Virus record (IMG/VR): IMGVR_UViG_3300002066_000001 | Reading direction: 5' to 3' (one strand) | Length of the DNA: 64,000 nt | DNA from: an uncultured virus (IMG/VR IMGVR_UViG_3300002066_000001) | Taxonomy: Duplodnaviria > Heunggongvirae > Uroviricota > Caudoviricetes | The notes under the pieces: generated by a model | Databases searched by the model: none | Told to the model about the DNA's origin: nothing | Seen by the model: only the letters and a program-made list of their open reading frames with translations | Translations under genes and position numbers: made by a program | Part shown: one piece after another, positions 51,071-60,253 of the stretch | Position numbering within the stretch: position 1 is the stretch's first letter | Layout of the letters: every line of letters starts with the position of its first letter

Positions 51071-51119
51071 CATGAGGGCAATGAAATCATAAGGAATACC
51101 AGAACGACGGGGGGACGAA

Positions 51120-51779
51120 ATGAGTGATGTACAAGACGAAACACCTAGTTCATGGACGGTGGACACCTTACGAGTGTTCCTGTCTGCCAAAATATCCGAC
51201 TTGCACGACATGCTCCAAGAACGATATGAACAACAAACGAAGGCTGTTGACGCCGCATTTTCATCTCAGCAGATTGCTATGCAAGTGGCAAAAACTGAAC
51301 AGGCTACTGCCATGCAAACGGCCTTGGCCGTCCAGAAGGAAGCCGTCAATACGGCTATGGCTGCAGCGGATAAGGCTACCGCCAAAGCTGAGATTTCTTC
51401 TGACAAACGGTTTGAAGCTGTTAATGAGTTTCGAGCACAGTTAGGAGACCAAGCTGCGACCTTTGCGACTCGTAATGACCTAGAATTACGCATCAATGCT
51501 GTAAACGAGAAACTAGGGTACGAATCACAACGCTTTCAGGACTCTGGCGTCGCTCGGGACAAACAGATTAGCGATATGAACGCCGCTCAGGACAAAGCGA
51601 TGAGCGATATGAATTTGCGTCTGACGACTCAATTAGCCGGAAGAGCCGGACAAGATATCGGTTCTGCTGATTCGCGCACTAACAAGCGGCTTGACACATC
51701 ACAGATAATCTCTTTTATCAGTCTTTTCCTAGTTTTTGTGTCGATTGCCATAACGCTTATTACCGTGTTTTCAAAGTAG
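51120..51779 (+). CDS. Coiled-coil protein with a C-terminal transmembrane helix (lysis region)
   Basis: AA.KA..KAE....KRFEAVNEFR..L.D motif; hydrophobic C-terminus. Confidence 0.7.
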   Translation: MSDVQDETPSSWTVDTLRVFLSAKISDLHDMLQERYEQQTKAVDAAFSSQQIAMQVAKTEQATAMQTALAVQKEAVNTAMAAADKATAKAEISSDKRFEAVNEFRAQLGDQAATFATRNDLELRINAVNEKLGYESQRFQDSGVARDKQISDMNAAQDKAMSDMNLRLTTQLAGRAGQDIGSADSRTNKRLDTSQIISFISLFLVFVSIAITLITVFSK

Positions 51780-51811
51780 GTTGATGGCTCTATGAGCCAA
51801 AGGAGTAACAC

Positions 51812-52480
51812 ATGGAAACGTTTGTGAATGGTGTGGAAGTTACGGAAAAAGTCAAGTCACTTCAGATTGAGACATGGGTGGCGAAGGACGGCAAGGTCGT
51901 CAAGGTCAATGAGTCCGCGCATCTCGGGATACAGCCGATGAAGCAGTCTACCGCTAACCCCAAGGTCTATGAGTGCGTTGGTGCATATGGCAGACCTGCG
52001 TCCAAGATTCCAGTCACGTTCACGCTCGAGTCGCTTGGCACGGTGGCTCCGAAGACACAGGTTGTCGCAGGAATGCACGAAGCCAATACAATCATTCCCG
52101 CTTTGTCGTTTCTTGACGAGCCAGAGAAACTTGCTGCGTTGAGTGAGGCAGAGAAGCGGCAGCTCGAGAGCATTGGTATCGTGGACTTGAAGAAACTTTT
52201 TGAGGGTTGGACGCCCACAGTCCACACGGCGATTCAGGACGCAGCAATCGCCATCTACCAGCATCCCAAAGCCTCTGCCTACATTTCGGAACACAACACA
52301 GCAACAACGACCGGCGACCATGCTGACGGAGCCAAGGCAACACTGGCAGTTGGCACTCACATGTTCACGGTCGGCGACAAGTATTTCCATTCTGTTGGAT
52401 ACAGCTTCTGCGAGGGGAAGGACAAGTATTCCTTCACTTGGATGAACGTTCCTCTGAGCTTCTTAGACGAACCCAAGTAG
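51812..52480 (+). CDS. Hypothetical protein
   Basis: AAAGGAG RBS; 222 aa. Confidence 0.65.
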   Translation: METFVNGVEVTEKVKSLQIETWVAKDGKVVKVNESAHLGIQPMKQSTANPKVYECVGAYGRPASKIPVTFTLESLGTVAPKTQVVAGMHEANTIIPALSFLDEPEKLAALSEAEKRQLESIGIVDLKKLFEGWTPTVHTAIQDAAIAIYQHPKASAYISEHNTATTTGDHADGAKATLAVGTHMFTVGDKYFHSVGYSFCEGKDKYSFTWMNVPLSFLDEPK

Positions 52481-52529
52481 GGATAAACGGGTTGGCAGGG
52501 GGTCGAAAGGCCCCCTCTTTGGAGGATAA

Positions 52530-53249
52530 ATGAACATCACTAAACGTCTAAGCCCCAATAAGTACAAAGGTCGCTCGGGCTGGAAACCCGACTGTATCGT
52601 CTGCCACATCACGGAGGGCGCATACATGGGGGCCGTAAGCTGGTTATCCAACCCGGTCTCGGAAGCGTCGGCTCACTTTGTGGTAGCCAAAGATGGCCGA
52701 ATCACACAATTGGTAGAGTTGACTGATGGTTCATGGTGTAACGGAACCAGTTCAGACCCGGCTAGCAGGATATACTTCGGCAAATCTACCCTCTCAGCGG
52801 TTAGAGATAGAAAGACCAACGCTAACTACTACACCATATCCATTGAACATGAGGGCATATGGGCCGACGCGCATGGTAAACTAGCGGACGCGCAGTTGGC
52901 GGCGACTATCGAACTTATCAGATATATCCGGGCAGAGGTCAAGAGAATCTATGGGGTGGACATTCCACTCGACAGGGAACACATCGTCGGGCACTACCAA
53001 ATCTCTCCGGTAAACAAACCAAACTGCCCGGGCTCTGCTTTTCAGTTCGACGAAATTATCAAGCAACTAAGAATCCCGGAGGTAGTCGTGAGCGACTATG
53101 AAGTAGAAAGGACGCAGGACTGGGCCCGCCTGAAGAAGGTTGGTATTCTCAGTTCAGCGATACCGGACACGACGGCTGTGCCAAAGGACGAGTTGGCGGT
53201 TATCCTGTGCCGTTTTGCTGACGCCTTGGCAAAGGGAGTAAAGATATAA
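52530..53249 (+). CDS. Endolysin, N-acetylmuramoyl-L-alanine amidase (Amidase_2)
   Basis: IVCHITEG, ASAHFVV, TISIEHEG, IVGHYQI..NK.NCPG motifs. Confidence 0.92.
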   Translation: MNITKRLSPNKYKGRSGWKPDCIVCHITEGAYMGAVSWLSNPVSEASAHFVVAKDGRITQLVELTDGSWCNGTSSDPASRIYFGKSTLSAVRDRKTNANYYTISIEHEGIWADAHGKLADAQLAATIELIRYIRAEVKRIYGVDIPLDREHIVGHYQISPVNKPNCPGSAFQFDEIIKQLRIPEVVVSDYEVERTQDWARLKKVGILSSAIPDTTAVPKDELAVILCRFADALAKGVKI

Positions 53250-53665
53250 TGGCAATGGATTGGACTCAGGTATCAATAGCGATTATCACTCTTATCGGCA
53301 CCATCATCGTCACGTTAGTTCCCGTGATGGTTACAGCATTTGTCAATATGAACACGGCAAAGCTCGAACAATTGAAGGTACTGGCTGACAACAATCAGGA
53401 CATTGCCAATGGGATTGTGGCAGTAGTCCAAAATAGGTATAAGGCGTTTACAAGCAGTGAGAAATATCAGGCTGCTTTCGATAAATTGAACGCACAACTT
53501 CATCTCCCTACTGGTCAGTTGCAGCAACTCATTGAGCAAGCAGTTTCAATTTTGACACTCACGTGGGGTGAGGAATGGGCAAAACTTGGGGAAACGACTC
53601 CGGCCCCGGAGGGCGAAGAAACAGTTCTGACTCCAGTGTTCGAACAAGAGACCGCACAGATATAG
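53249..53665 (+). CDS. Holin-like protein (LL-H type)
   Basis: Single N-terminal TM helix, V.Q......EK...A...L....LIE.AV pattern; coupled to the endolysin. Confidence 0.65.
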   Translation: MAMDWTQVSIAIITLIGTIIVTLVPVMVTAFVNMNTAKLEQLKVLADNNQDIANGIVAVVQNRYKAFTSSEKYQAAFDKLNAQLHLPTGQLQQLIEQAVSILTLTWGEEWAKLGETTPAPEGEETVLTPVFEQETAQI

Positions 53666-53677
53666 TCACTACAACAC

Positions 53678-53708
53678 AAAAAAGCCCCGCCGAAAAGCGG
53701 GGCTTTTT
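53678..53708 (+). terminator. Rho-independent terminator, potentially bidirectional
   Basis: aaaaaagccccgc-cgaaaa-gcggggcttttt. Confidence 0.9.
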
Positions 53709-53719
53709 CATTTCTACTC

Positions 53720-53747
53720 TTGACACATTATGCAATTACTCTATACT
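53720..53747 (+). promoter_or_regulatory. Sigma70-like promoter for parA
   Basis: TTGACA-16 nt-TATACT, 32 nt upstream of the parA ATG. Confidence 0.7.
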
Positions 53748-53779
53748 CCCATTATGACATTCTGACATAGGGGGATTGC

Positions 53780-54517
53780 ATGAAGGTCATTGCTATAGCG
53801 AACCAGAAGGGCGGTGTAGGCAAGACGACCATCACGTTTCACCTCGCGCAATACCTCGCAGCGCAGGAGAAGAATACCCTTTGCATAGACATCGACCCGC
53901 AGGCAAACCTGACGAGTTGCCTCGTCGACGAACTCGCGGATGCCAACAATGTGAAACTGCTCTTTGAAGAAGGACATCCACAACCGTTACTCGTCGCGGA
54001 CTATCTGTCCGTCATTGGAAGTAACCTTTCGCTCAGTAGATATGAGGCAGACACGAAGTACGATAATTTCTCGTTGCTGAAGGGTCTCATGAAGACACTC
54101 AGGAAATCGGGAGAGTTCGAATATGTCCTCATCGACACACCGCCGTCACTGGCGCTCTTTACGACGAACGCACTACTTGCAGCAGAATATATCCTCGTCC
54201 CGGCAGACGCATCCAAGTTCTCCGTCGACGGACTACGTGACCTCTTCCACACGGTCGACCGTATCCGGGAAAAACAGGATACAGAGACCCCGAAAATCCT
54301 CGGTATCGCCTTGGCTGACGTCCAAGAACGTCTACTGCTTACGCAACAAATCCGTGAGCAACTCGAGAGAGACTACGACGGTACTCTGTTCAGGACGTCT
54401 ATTCCATCTTCGGTCAGAGTGCGCGAAGCCATATACAATCGAGAACCTGTTGATTCGGGTAAGGCAAAAGAAGCCTTCCTGTCATTATTCAAGGAGATTG
54501 AGGGGAGATTAGAGTGA
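53780..54517 (+). CDS. parA: ParA/Soj family partition ATPase
   Basis: ANQKGGVGKTT, IDIDPQANL, IDTPPSL. Confidence 0.95.
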   Translation: MKVIAIANQKGGVGKTTITFHLAQYLAAQEKNTLCIDIDPQANLTSCLVDELADANNVKLLFEEGHPQPLLVADYLSVIGSNLSLSRYEADTKYDNFSLLKGLMKTLRKSGEFEYVLIDTPPSLALFTTNALLAAEYILVPADASKFSVDGLRDLFHTVDRIREKQDTETPKILGIALADVQERLLLTQQIREQLERDYDGTLFRTSIPSSVRVREAIYNREPVDSGKAKEAFLSLFKEIEGRLE

Positions 54518-54750
54518 AACAACAAAAAGGGTCGGGGGATTTCCTCGACAACATGGATACGGCAAAAGACAAGAAGGAGCGTTTTACATCCTACCTTCCC
54601 AAGAAACTGACATACAAACTTCGGGTCTATGCCGCCTACAACCGAGAAGATTGTTCAGGCATCATGCAGCGGGCGCTCGAGAGAGAAATGTCCGACTTTG
54701 AGATACCTGAACGGGCGAAACCGTTTGCGCCAAAAGATGACATGAAGTAA
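54514..54750 (+). CDS. Small putative ribbon-helix-helix partition partner (ParG-like)
   Basis: Coupled to parA; RFTSYLPKKL..KLR.YA......S.I...AL fits an RHH pattern. Confidence 0.6.
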   Translation: MKQQKGSGDFLDNMDTAKDKKERFTSYLPKKLTYKLRVYAAYNREDCSGIMQRALEREMSDFEIPERAKPFAPKDDMK

Positions 54751-54753
54751 GGA

Positions 54754-55989
54754 CTACTTGTTGTGGCGGGCGACAGCCTTCGATATGTACTGTGGTTTTA
54801 ACTTGAATGCCCGGGCTATATCGGCTTGCCGGATGTTTCCGTTCTTGAGCAGTTCCATGATAATGTTGTCTCGCATGACGCGCACCTCCTTGCTTGCTCG
54901 CGTCTGCTGCAGCTCCTGCATCGGAACGATGACGTTCATCTTCTCCATGAGTCTCGAGATGAGTTGTTCAGAGGTCGATGGGGTAGTGACTTTCAGGTTG
55001 TGCAAGATTGCCCGCGCCTTGTCCAGCGTCATTGGTTGCCCGTCCAGTGTCATTGCATTTGCTACGGCATTGGCAACAGAGAGGATGCTGCGGATACTCG
55101 TGATGTTTACTTCCGCAAGGTAATCGAACGCTTCGGGCTGCAGGAGAATCCTTCTCTGAGCAAACTGGCTCTCGAGGATGTCCCGCAGGAGATTCTTGTC
55201 AGGCGGCTCTATCTTCGCCGTCATTCCAGTAATAAGGCGGGACGAGACCTCGGGGATAAGGTTGAAGCGTTCATCCGTTGGAAGTTCCTCTCCTGTGAAC
55301 AGACCCATCTTGCCGGAACTGATGAGATGGTCGAGAATGCCCTTCAACTCCTCCTGAACGCGCGGCATCCTTCGCAGAAACGACATGTCGTCGATGGCGA
55401 GGACATTGACGTCTCGGAACAAGTGCATCTGTTCGATGTACTCTTCCCCACCTTTGTGCATCCCCTTGAGGACATAGTCGGCAAACTCCGAAGAGTTAAA
55501 GAAGGCAATATGCTTTCCTCTCTCGAGCAGGGCGTGCAGGGCCGAATGGAGCAGGTGGGTCTTGCCGGAACCGATACTTCCGTAGATGTACAGGAAATTG
55601 GCGCTAGTGCTCTGGTATGGCTTCGCCGACACCATGTTCATCGCCGCAGTCAGCGCAGATTTGTTGCTCTGTCCGGCTATAAACGTGTCGAAGGTATAGG
55701 CGTAGTTGAGTTGCGCGGTTCCCTGAAGAGCCCCTTTCTGTTCGGCGGCTGCCGCAACGCTTGGAAAGGTATAACTGCGGACAATCTCTAGGGTGAAGGC
55801 TTTTCCTTTCTTCTCCTGAGCCGCCCGCAGCAACGGTTCCTTGAAGATGAGTTCAAGGTAAGATGCTTCTGCTGCATTCCCGCAGAACGCCGTAATCTTC
55901 TTACCCTCAAGGTGAAAGTCACAGTCGCGGAGCACTTTCTTGGAAACCATCATCTCGTCGGTATTAGGTACAAGCTCGTCAATCTTCAT
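54754..55989 (-). CDS. dnaA: DnaA-like AAA+ replication initiator with a divergent C-terminal HTH
   Basis: YTFDTFI.G.SN..A, LYIYGSIGSGKTHLLH, LAIDDM.FL...QEEL, SRL..G....IEPPD; C-terminal RQADIARAFKLKPQYISK. Confidence 0.85.
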   Translation of the reverse strand: MKIDELVPNTDEMMVSKKVLRDCDFHLEGKKITAFCGNAAEASYLELIFKEPLLRAAQEKKGKAFTLEIVRSYTFPSVAAAAEQKGALQGTAQLNYAYTFDTFIAGQSNKSALTAAMNMVSAKPYQSTSANFLYIYGSIGSGKTHLLHSALHALLERGKHIAFFNSSEFADYVLKGMHKGGEEYIEQMHLFRDVNVLAIDDMSFLRRMPRVQEELKGILDHLISSGKMGLFTGEELPTDERFNLIPEVSSRLITGMTAKIEPPDKNLLRDILESQFAQRRILLQPEAFDYLAEVNITSIRSILSVANAVANAMTLDGQPMTLDKARAILHNLKVTTPSTSEQLISRLMEKMNVIVPMQELQQTRASKEVRVMRDNIIMELLKNGNIRQADIARAFKLKPQYISKAVARHNK

Positions 55990-56385
55990 GGCTTCTCCCC
56001 CTTACTTCTGATGGTGGAAGTGTATCACCTTTTTGGATTCCTGTCTACTCACCTTGGAAAGAAGTATCTAAGCCACGCGCGGAGTTCTTTGCTACACTGG
56101 TCGCTCAGAATGTTGCCAAAACGAATGTTGCCAATCTCTCTGTCCCCTTGTCTCCTTTTTCTCTTCCTACTATGAGTAAGAAAAAACTTACTTAATCATC
56201 ATCGACTTAATAAGGCGGTTGGTAGTGTGGAGAAGTGGATGGATTGTCGTTGGAAATTGAGAGTGCGCTGTGAATAGCTTTGTCCCCTTTTTATTGCTTT
56301 GGGGACAGAAGGCGACACTCTCTTCGGGATTTCGGAAGTACATTGGGAAAGGAGACAGCAAGGGAGACAGAGTTACCAACATATG

Positions 56386-56410
56386 AAAAAAGCCCCTCTC
56401 GCGAGGGGCT
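56386..56410 (-). terminator. Rho-independent terminator
   Basis: Reads agcccctc-gcga-gaggggct-tttt on the minus strand. Confidence 0.8.
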
Positions 56411-57149
56411 CGTGTATTTCTAGATGTCCAGTTCAGCTCGGAGTAACCGTATCATGAGCTCAATGTTATTGAGTTCTGCACTAATCTTGCGGTCGCCCCA
56501 CTTGTCGTTGCTCGCCTTTTTAGAAACCTTGAGGGCGTAGTCCGAGATAGCGTCGAGCTTTTTGAGTTGTTCTGCGGTCAAAGTTTTGTCTGGCATGTCT
56601 TCTCCTGTTTGACGAATAGGTGTCTTGTGTTGCAGTCTGCAAGTCTCGGGATGCTGTACTTGTACCGGAGTCTTGTGACGCCGAGTGCAGTACAGGTGTG
56701 GGTCGGCTCACAGTCATGCTTTCCAAATCCCTGAATCCCCGCATGAAAGACGGAGTTGGCGCACTCCATGCAGTTCGAACTACTCATGTTGTCCTCCAAG
56801 TATCTTGTCGCGTTCCTGACGAGCACCTTCAGCCTTCGCAAAATCGTAGAGTTCAACTCCCTTGACACGGATGTACCACTGTAGTCGCCAGTGGTTTGCG
56901 ACATAAACGTCCCAACACGTTTCACAGAGACTCATCGGTTCGCCGCGTCCGGCATAAGAGGGATGTTTCCTGCACGAAAGTTTCGTTTCGGAAGGAGTCA
57001 TCTACTTGGATTTACGTACTCATCCAGAATAGCTTCGACAAAATGGTCGACCCATTCTGTAGCGCGTTCTACTGCCTCTTCGTAAGGACAACCAAACCCT
57101 TCGGTCGCTAGTTCGATAATGCCCTTTCGCATCTTCTCGAGTTTCTCCG

Positions 57150-57620
57150 TCATGTCGCTTCTTCCGGCAGTGCTCCCATTGTCTCATCGACAAGACGAAG
57201 TGCCTGCAGCGCGTACCCGGCGATGTCTCGCCATACTTCCTTGCGGGCTTTCTTAGACTCCTTGGTCTGTTCGTACTTTGACCATTGCATCGACATTAAC
57301 CCGGCTGTCTCGAGTTCGTTGCTCATACGAGCGAGTTTGTCATAGAGACGGACAACGATGCCTATCTCTCCCCACGTCATCAGGTTGGTATCGCCGTACT
57401 CTTTGTTCCTTCCCGAGAGGGCACTACGGACGTGTTCCCGGTACACTCTGTCGAGGTCTTGTTCAAACGGGGTCGATTCGACGATAAGTTCCTTGTTTTC
57501 CACGGTTAGCCCTCCTTGAAGTAGCTCTATTTTCTCGCTGCAACGTGCTGCAGCTTGATGGTGCATAGTAATGTCAAAAGACGTGTCCCAGTTAGTCTTT
57601 TCTGTTGAAATCGTCGCCAC
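57150..57620 (-). CDS. DUF1599 / nucleotide-modification-associated domain-like protein
   Basis: NKEYGD.N....G..GI.VRL.DKLAR...W.DIAGYA motif; the start codon is uncertain. Confidence 0.7.
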   Translation of the reverse strand: MATISTEKTNWDTSFDITMHHQAAARCSEKIELLQGGLTVENKELIVESTPFEQDLDRVYREHVRSALSGRNKEYGDTNLMTWGEIGIVVRLYDKLARMSNELETAGLMSMQWSKYEQTKESKKARKEVWRDIAGYALQALRLVDETMGALPEEAT

Positions 57621-57629
57621 GGGGTTCTA

Positions 57630-58960
57630 ATCGAACCATTTCCATTTTGGAAATAGCTCATGGGCCTCTTGGTCACATTTTAGGGGCCCAAGTCGTGACC
57701 AAGTTGGGACTAAGTTGCATTTGGGTGTCGAATACTATACATTTCTGTATTGTTTCCGACATTGGAATGCAAAAGTCCGTTCCCAATTGTTACGTTTTTT
57801 GTTAATAATCCGAAATGGGTTTGTCCGGTCTGTCCGAAGGTGTCCCGAGGTGTCGGGAGGTGTTCGAAGGTGTCGGGAGGTGTCTGACACTTTTACGGCC
57901 CAAAAAGTGTGGGGTAGGTACACTTTTCCGGTAGTAACGCCAACCGTCCGGAAATCCCGGACACTTCCCTCCCATTTCGCCCATGTGGACAAAATGGCGA
58001 TGTTTTGCTGACGTCAGCAAAATCGTCAGGTGGTGACGGTTTGACTCCGACTGCACAAACCTTAAAATAATTTTAAGGTTGGCAACTGATAAGGATTTCT
58101 TAAGGGTTCATGGCGCGTTTGGCGGGTTTATGGCGGCTTCAAACCGTGACTATCCGTCACGCCTTCGTTTTTCAGAAATATCCGTTGTGGCGGTCAACTG
58201 GCTACAATCTGTAGTCGGTTGACAGAAAGTTGCCAAACACGCACACATAGTTGCCAAAAGTGTGCGAGAAAGTCATGTACATTCAACGGACATGTATTGT
58301 GAACGTGTCCAAAGAACGGCAAACTTTGGACATATGTGCATTCGAGTTGCTGCAGAATATGCACATACTGGAAGCAATGTGCAGTAAATGCACGAAAGGT
58401 ATAATTGTTCAACCGAGATGTATACGAAAGTCCGTATCTTTCTCAAAACAATAATAAGAATCCCGCTATTATTGAAAAAGGGCATTATCCGATAATAGCG
58501 ACCCCGCAAGTACCCCGCAACCTTAACTTGGTTAAGGGGTTGTGCAGCAGCCTGCTGCACTTTATGCTAGTAGCATAATTCCACTAGAATAATTCTGCCT
58601 TATGCCAAATGATTGTGCCAAACGCTTAAATAAGAGAACCGCATGGATACTCGGTATGATGGCAAGTCTGCTCCAGTTTTGTGTAAGAACTTTAATAAAA
58701 CCGGAGCAGAACCACTCCACTCAGAGTCAACTGGAGTGAAAATGTAGCAGCGAATTCGTTTCCGGCTGGTCAATCGTCCCATTTAATCAGCGGTTCGTCC
58801 ATTCCGCGATTGTACGGCGCTTATGCTGAACCGGAAATTGCTGGCTGTTGCGCTCCGGAAGTCCCATTTAATCTCTCTAATGGAGAGAACCAGCAGTAAA
58901 GAAATTGTTTACAACTCAAACACTATTCCTCAAGGGGAACTTCAACCCCTTATTCACGGC
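57630..58960. repeat. Dense non-coding array of diverse palindromes and 10-11-bp-phased direct repeats
   Basis: Examples: ttttgctgacgtcagcaaaa 58003-58022, aaccttaaaataattttaaggtt 58058-58080, gtgcagcagcctgctgcac 58542-58560, ttatgctagtagcataa 58562-58578, and a 10-mer tandem at 57831-57890. Confidence 0.85.
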
Positions 58961-60253
58961 CATTCGCCCCGCTTGGCTTACTGCACCGCGTCCTGTATCT
59001 TTAGAAGAGGGGAATAGGAGGTCAAGGCTAGCGGGCCTCGTTGCCTTATCTGGCCGACATTCATTTGCCCTAGCAACCCGGTGCGGGGTTCACTTGTCGT
59101 TTAATCGGGAGCGCGTTTCCTGCGACCCGAACCATTCGGTCAAACCTTATTGTTCCTGACTGATTTTCGGTCATTTAATACACGACACAACACTTGATAA
59201 TAAGATTTGGCAGAGGCTTGAAGCATTTTTTCGGGGGCATTAGGGCCAAGTGCCGACCGGAGAACGGTGACGATACGCTTGATTTGCGCATCGCACCCGG
59301 TCTTGCTGGCATACTGTCGCACCGTTAGTCCAGAGCCTTGTAGCATTACCGCTACACCCGAAGCCGACATTCGTTGTGCCTTATCGTGCATCATCCATGA
59401 ACCCATCTACAACAGCATCAATTTTTCCCTTAATAACCAAAATATCCGCAATAATTCCGTTCAACTTAAAGATTTCATCGTCAAGAAGGTCTTCATATTC
59501 AACAAGACTATCGCACAATTTTTCAGTTTTAGACATTTTCTTCATTACGCATTACCCCCTTCTTCTGTTGTAGAGACCCTGCACGGTGCCCACAGGGTCG
59601 GGAGCCCATCCCGCCTTGCGCGGGGTAAGGAACCACCTCGGTTCTTTTCTGCACCTTCGCCGAGGGCAAGGAATATATGGCGGACAGCCGCACTCGTTGT
59701 CGCTTTAATCGCTGTAAGGGGTACTTGCGCCCCTCTCCTGCGAACCATCCCGGCTGAGTACCTACGGTATCGTCTACTCATTTAATCCATGAACGAGGCG
59801 ACAGAGGGAAGTCATTGGAACCGGGGGTAAAGGATTTGCTTACAACTGCTTTTCTATTGGAAGACCTCTTCCCCCTATCCCGGGAGACGGAACATTCTCG
59901 ACGGAATACCGCTTCAAAGCTGCGAGAGGAATGTAGGTCGTTCTATTTGGACTAGCTGCTTCACGGAAGTACAGGTCATTGTCGTTCGTGCGCCAGTCGA
60001 TAACGTTGTTAGCAACATAGTCACTCATGTCGGTATAAACGGCTTCAATTACTGTTCTCATGGTTCTCCTTTGCCGCGATTGCGGCTATCCTTTGCCAAC
60101 GGTTTCCTAAGATAATGAACTGCATCCAGCGCCAGAACCAATGGGGCGGTTCGGCAACACTCCACACAATTCCCATTTTGTCACCGCCGAACAACCGGCA
60201 TTCCCATGTTGGTTTGGGCGGGACTGCATCAATTACATGAACAGTAAATCCAT

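Noticed and set aside
25774..53665. Stop-codon reassignment or a Mu-like transposable lifestyle
   Set aside because: Long genes are intact under code 11 with all three stops in use. The head genes are Mu-like, but no transposase or tail sheath is visible.
54826..55791. 321-aa plus-strand ORF
   Set aside because: It is the antisense shadow of the DnaA-like gene.
57630..58960. CRISPR array or protein-coding ORFs in the palindrome region
   Set aside because: There is no constant repeat with regular spacers. The short ORFs on both strands lack an RBS and read as concatenated motif translations.
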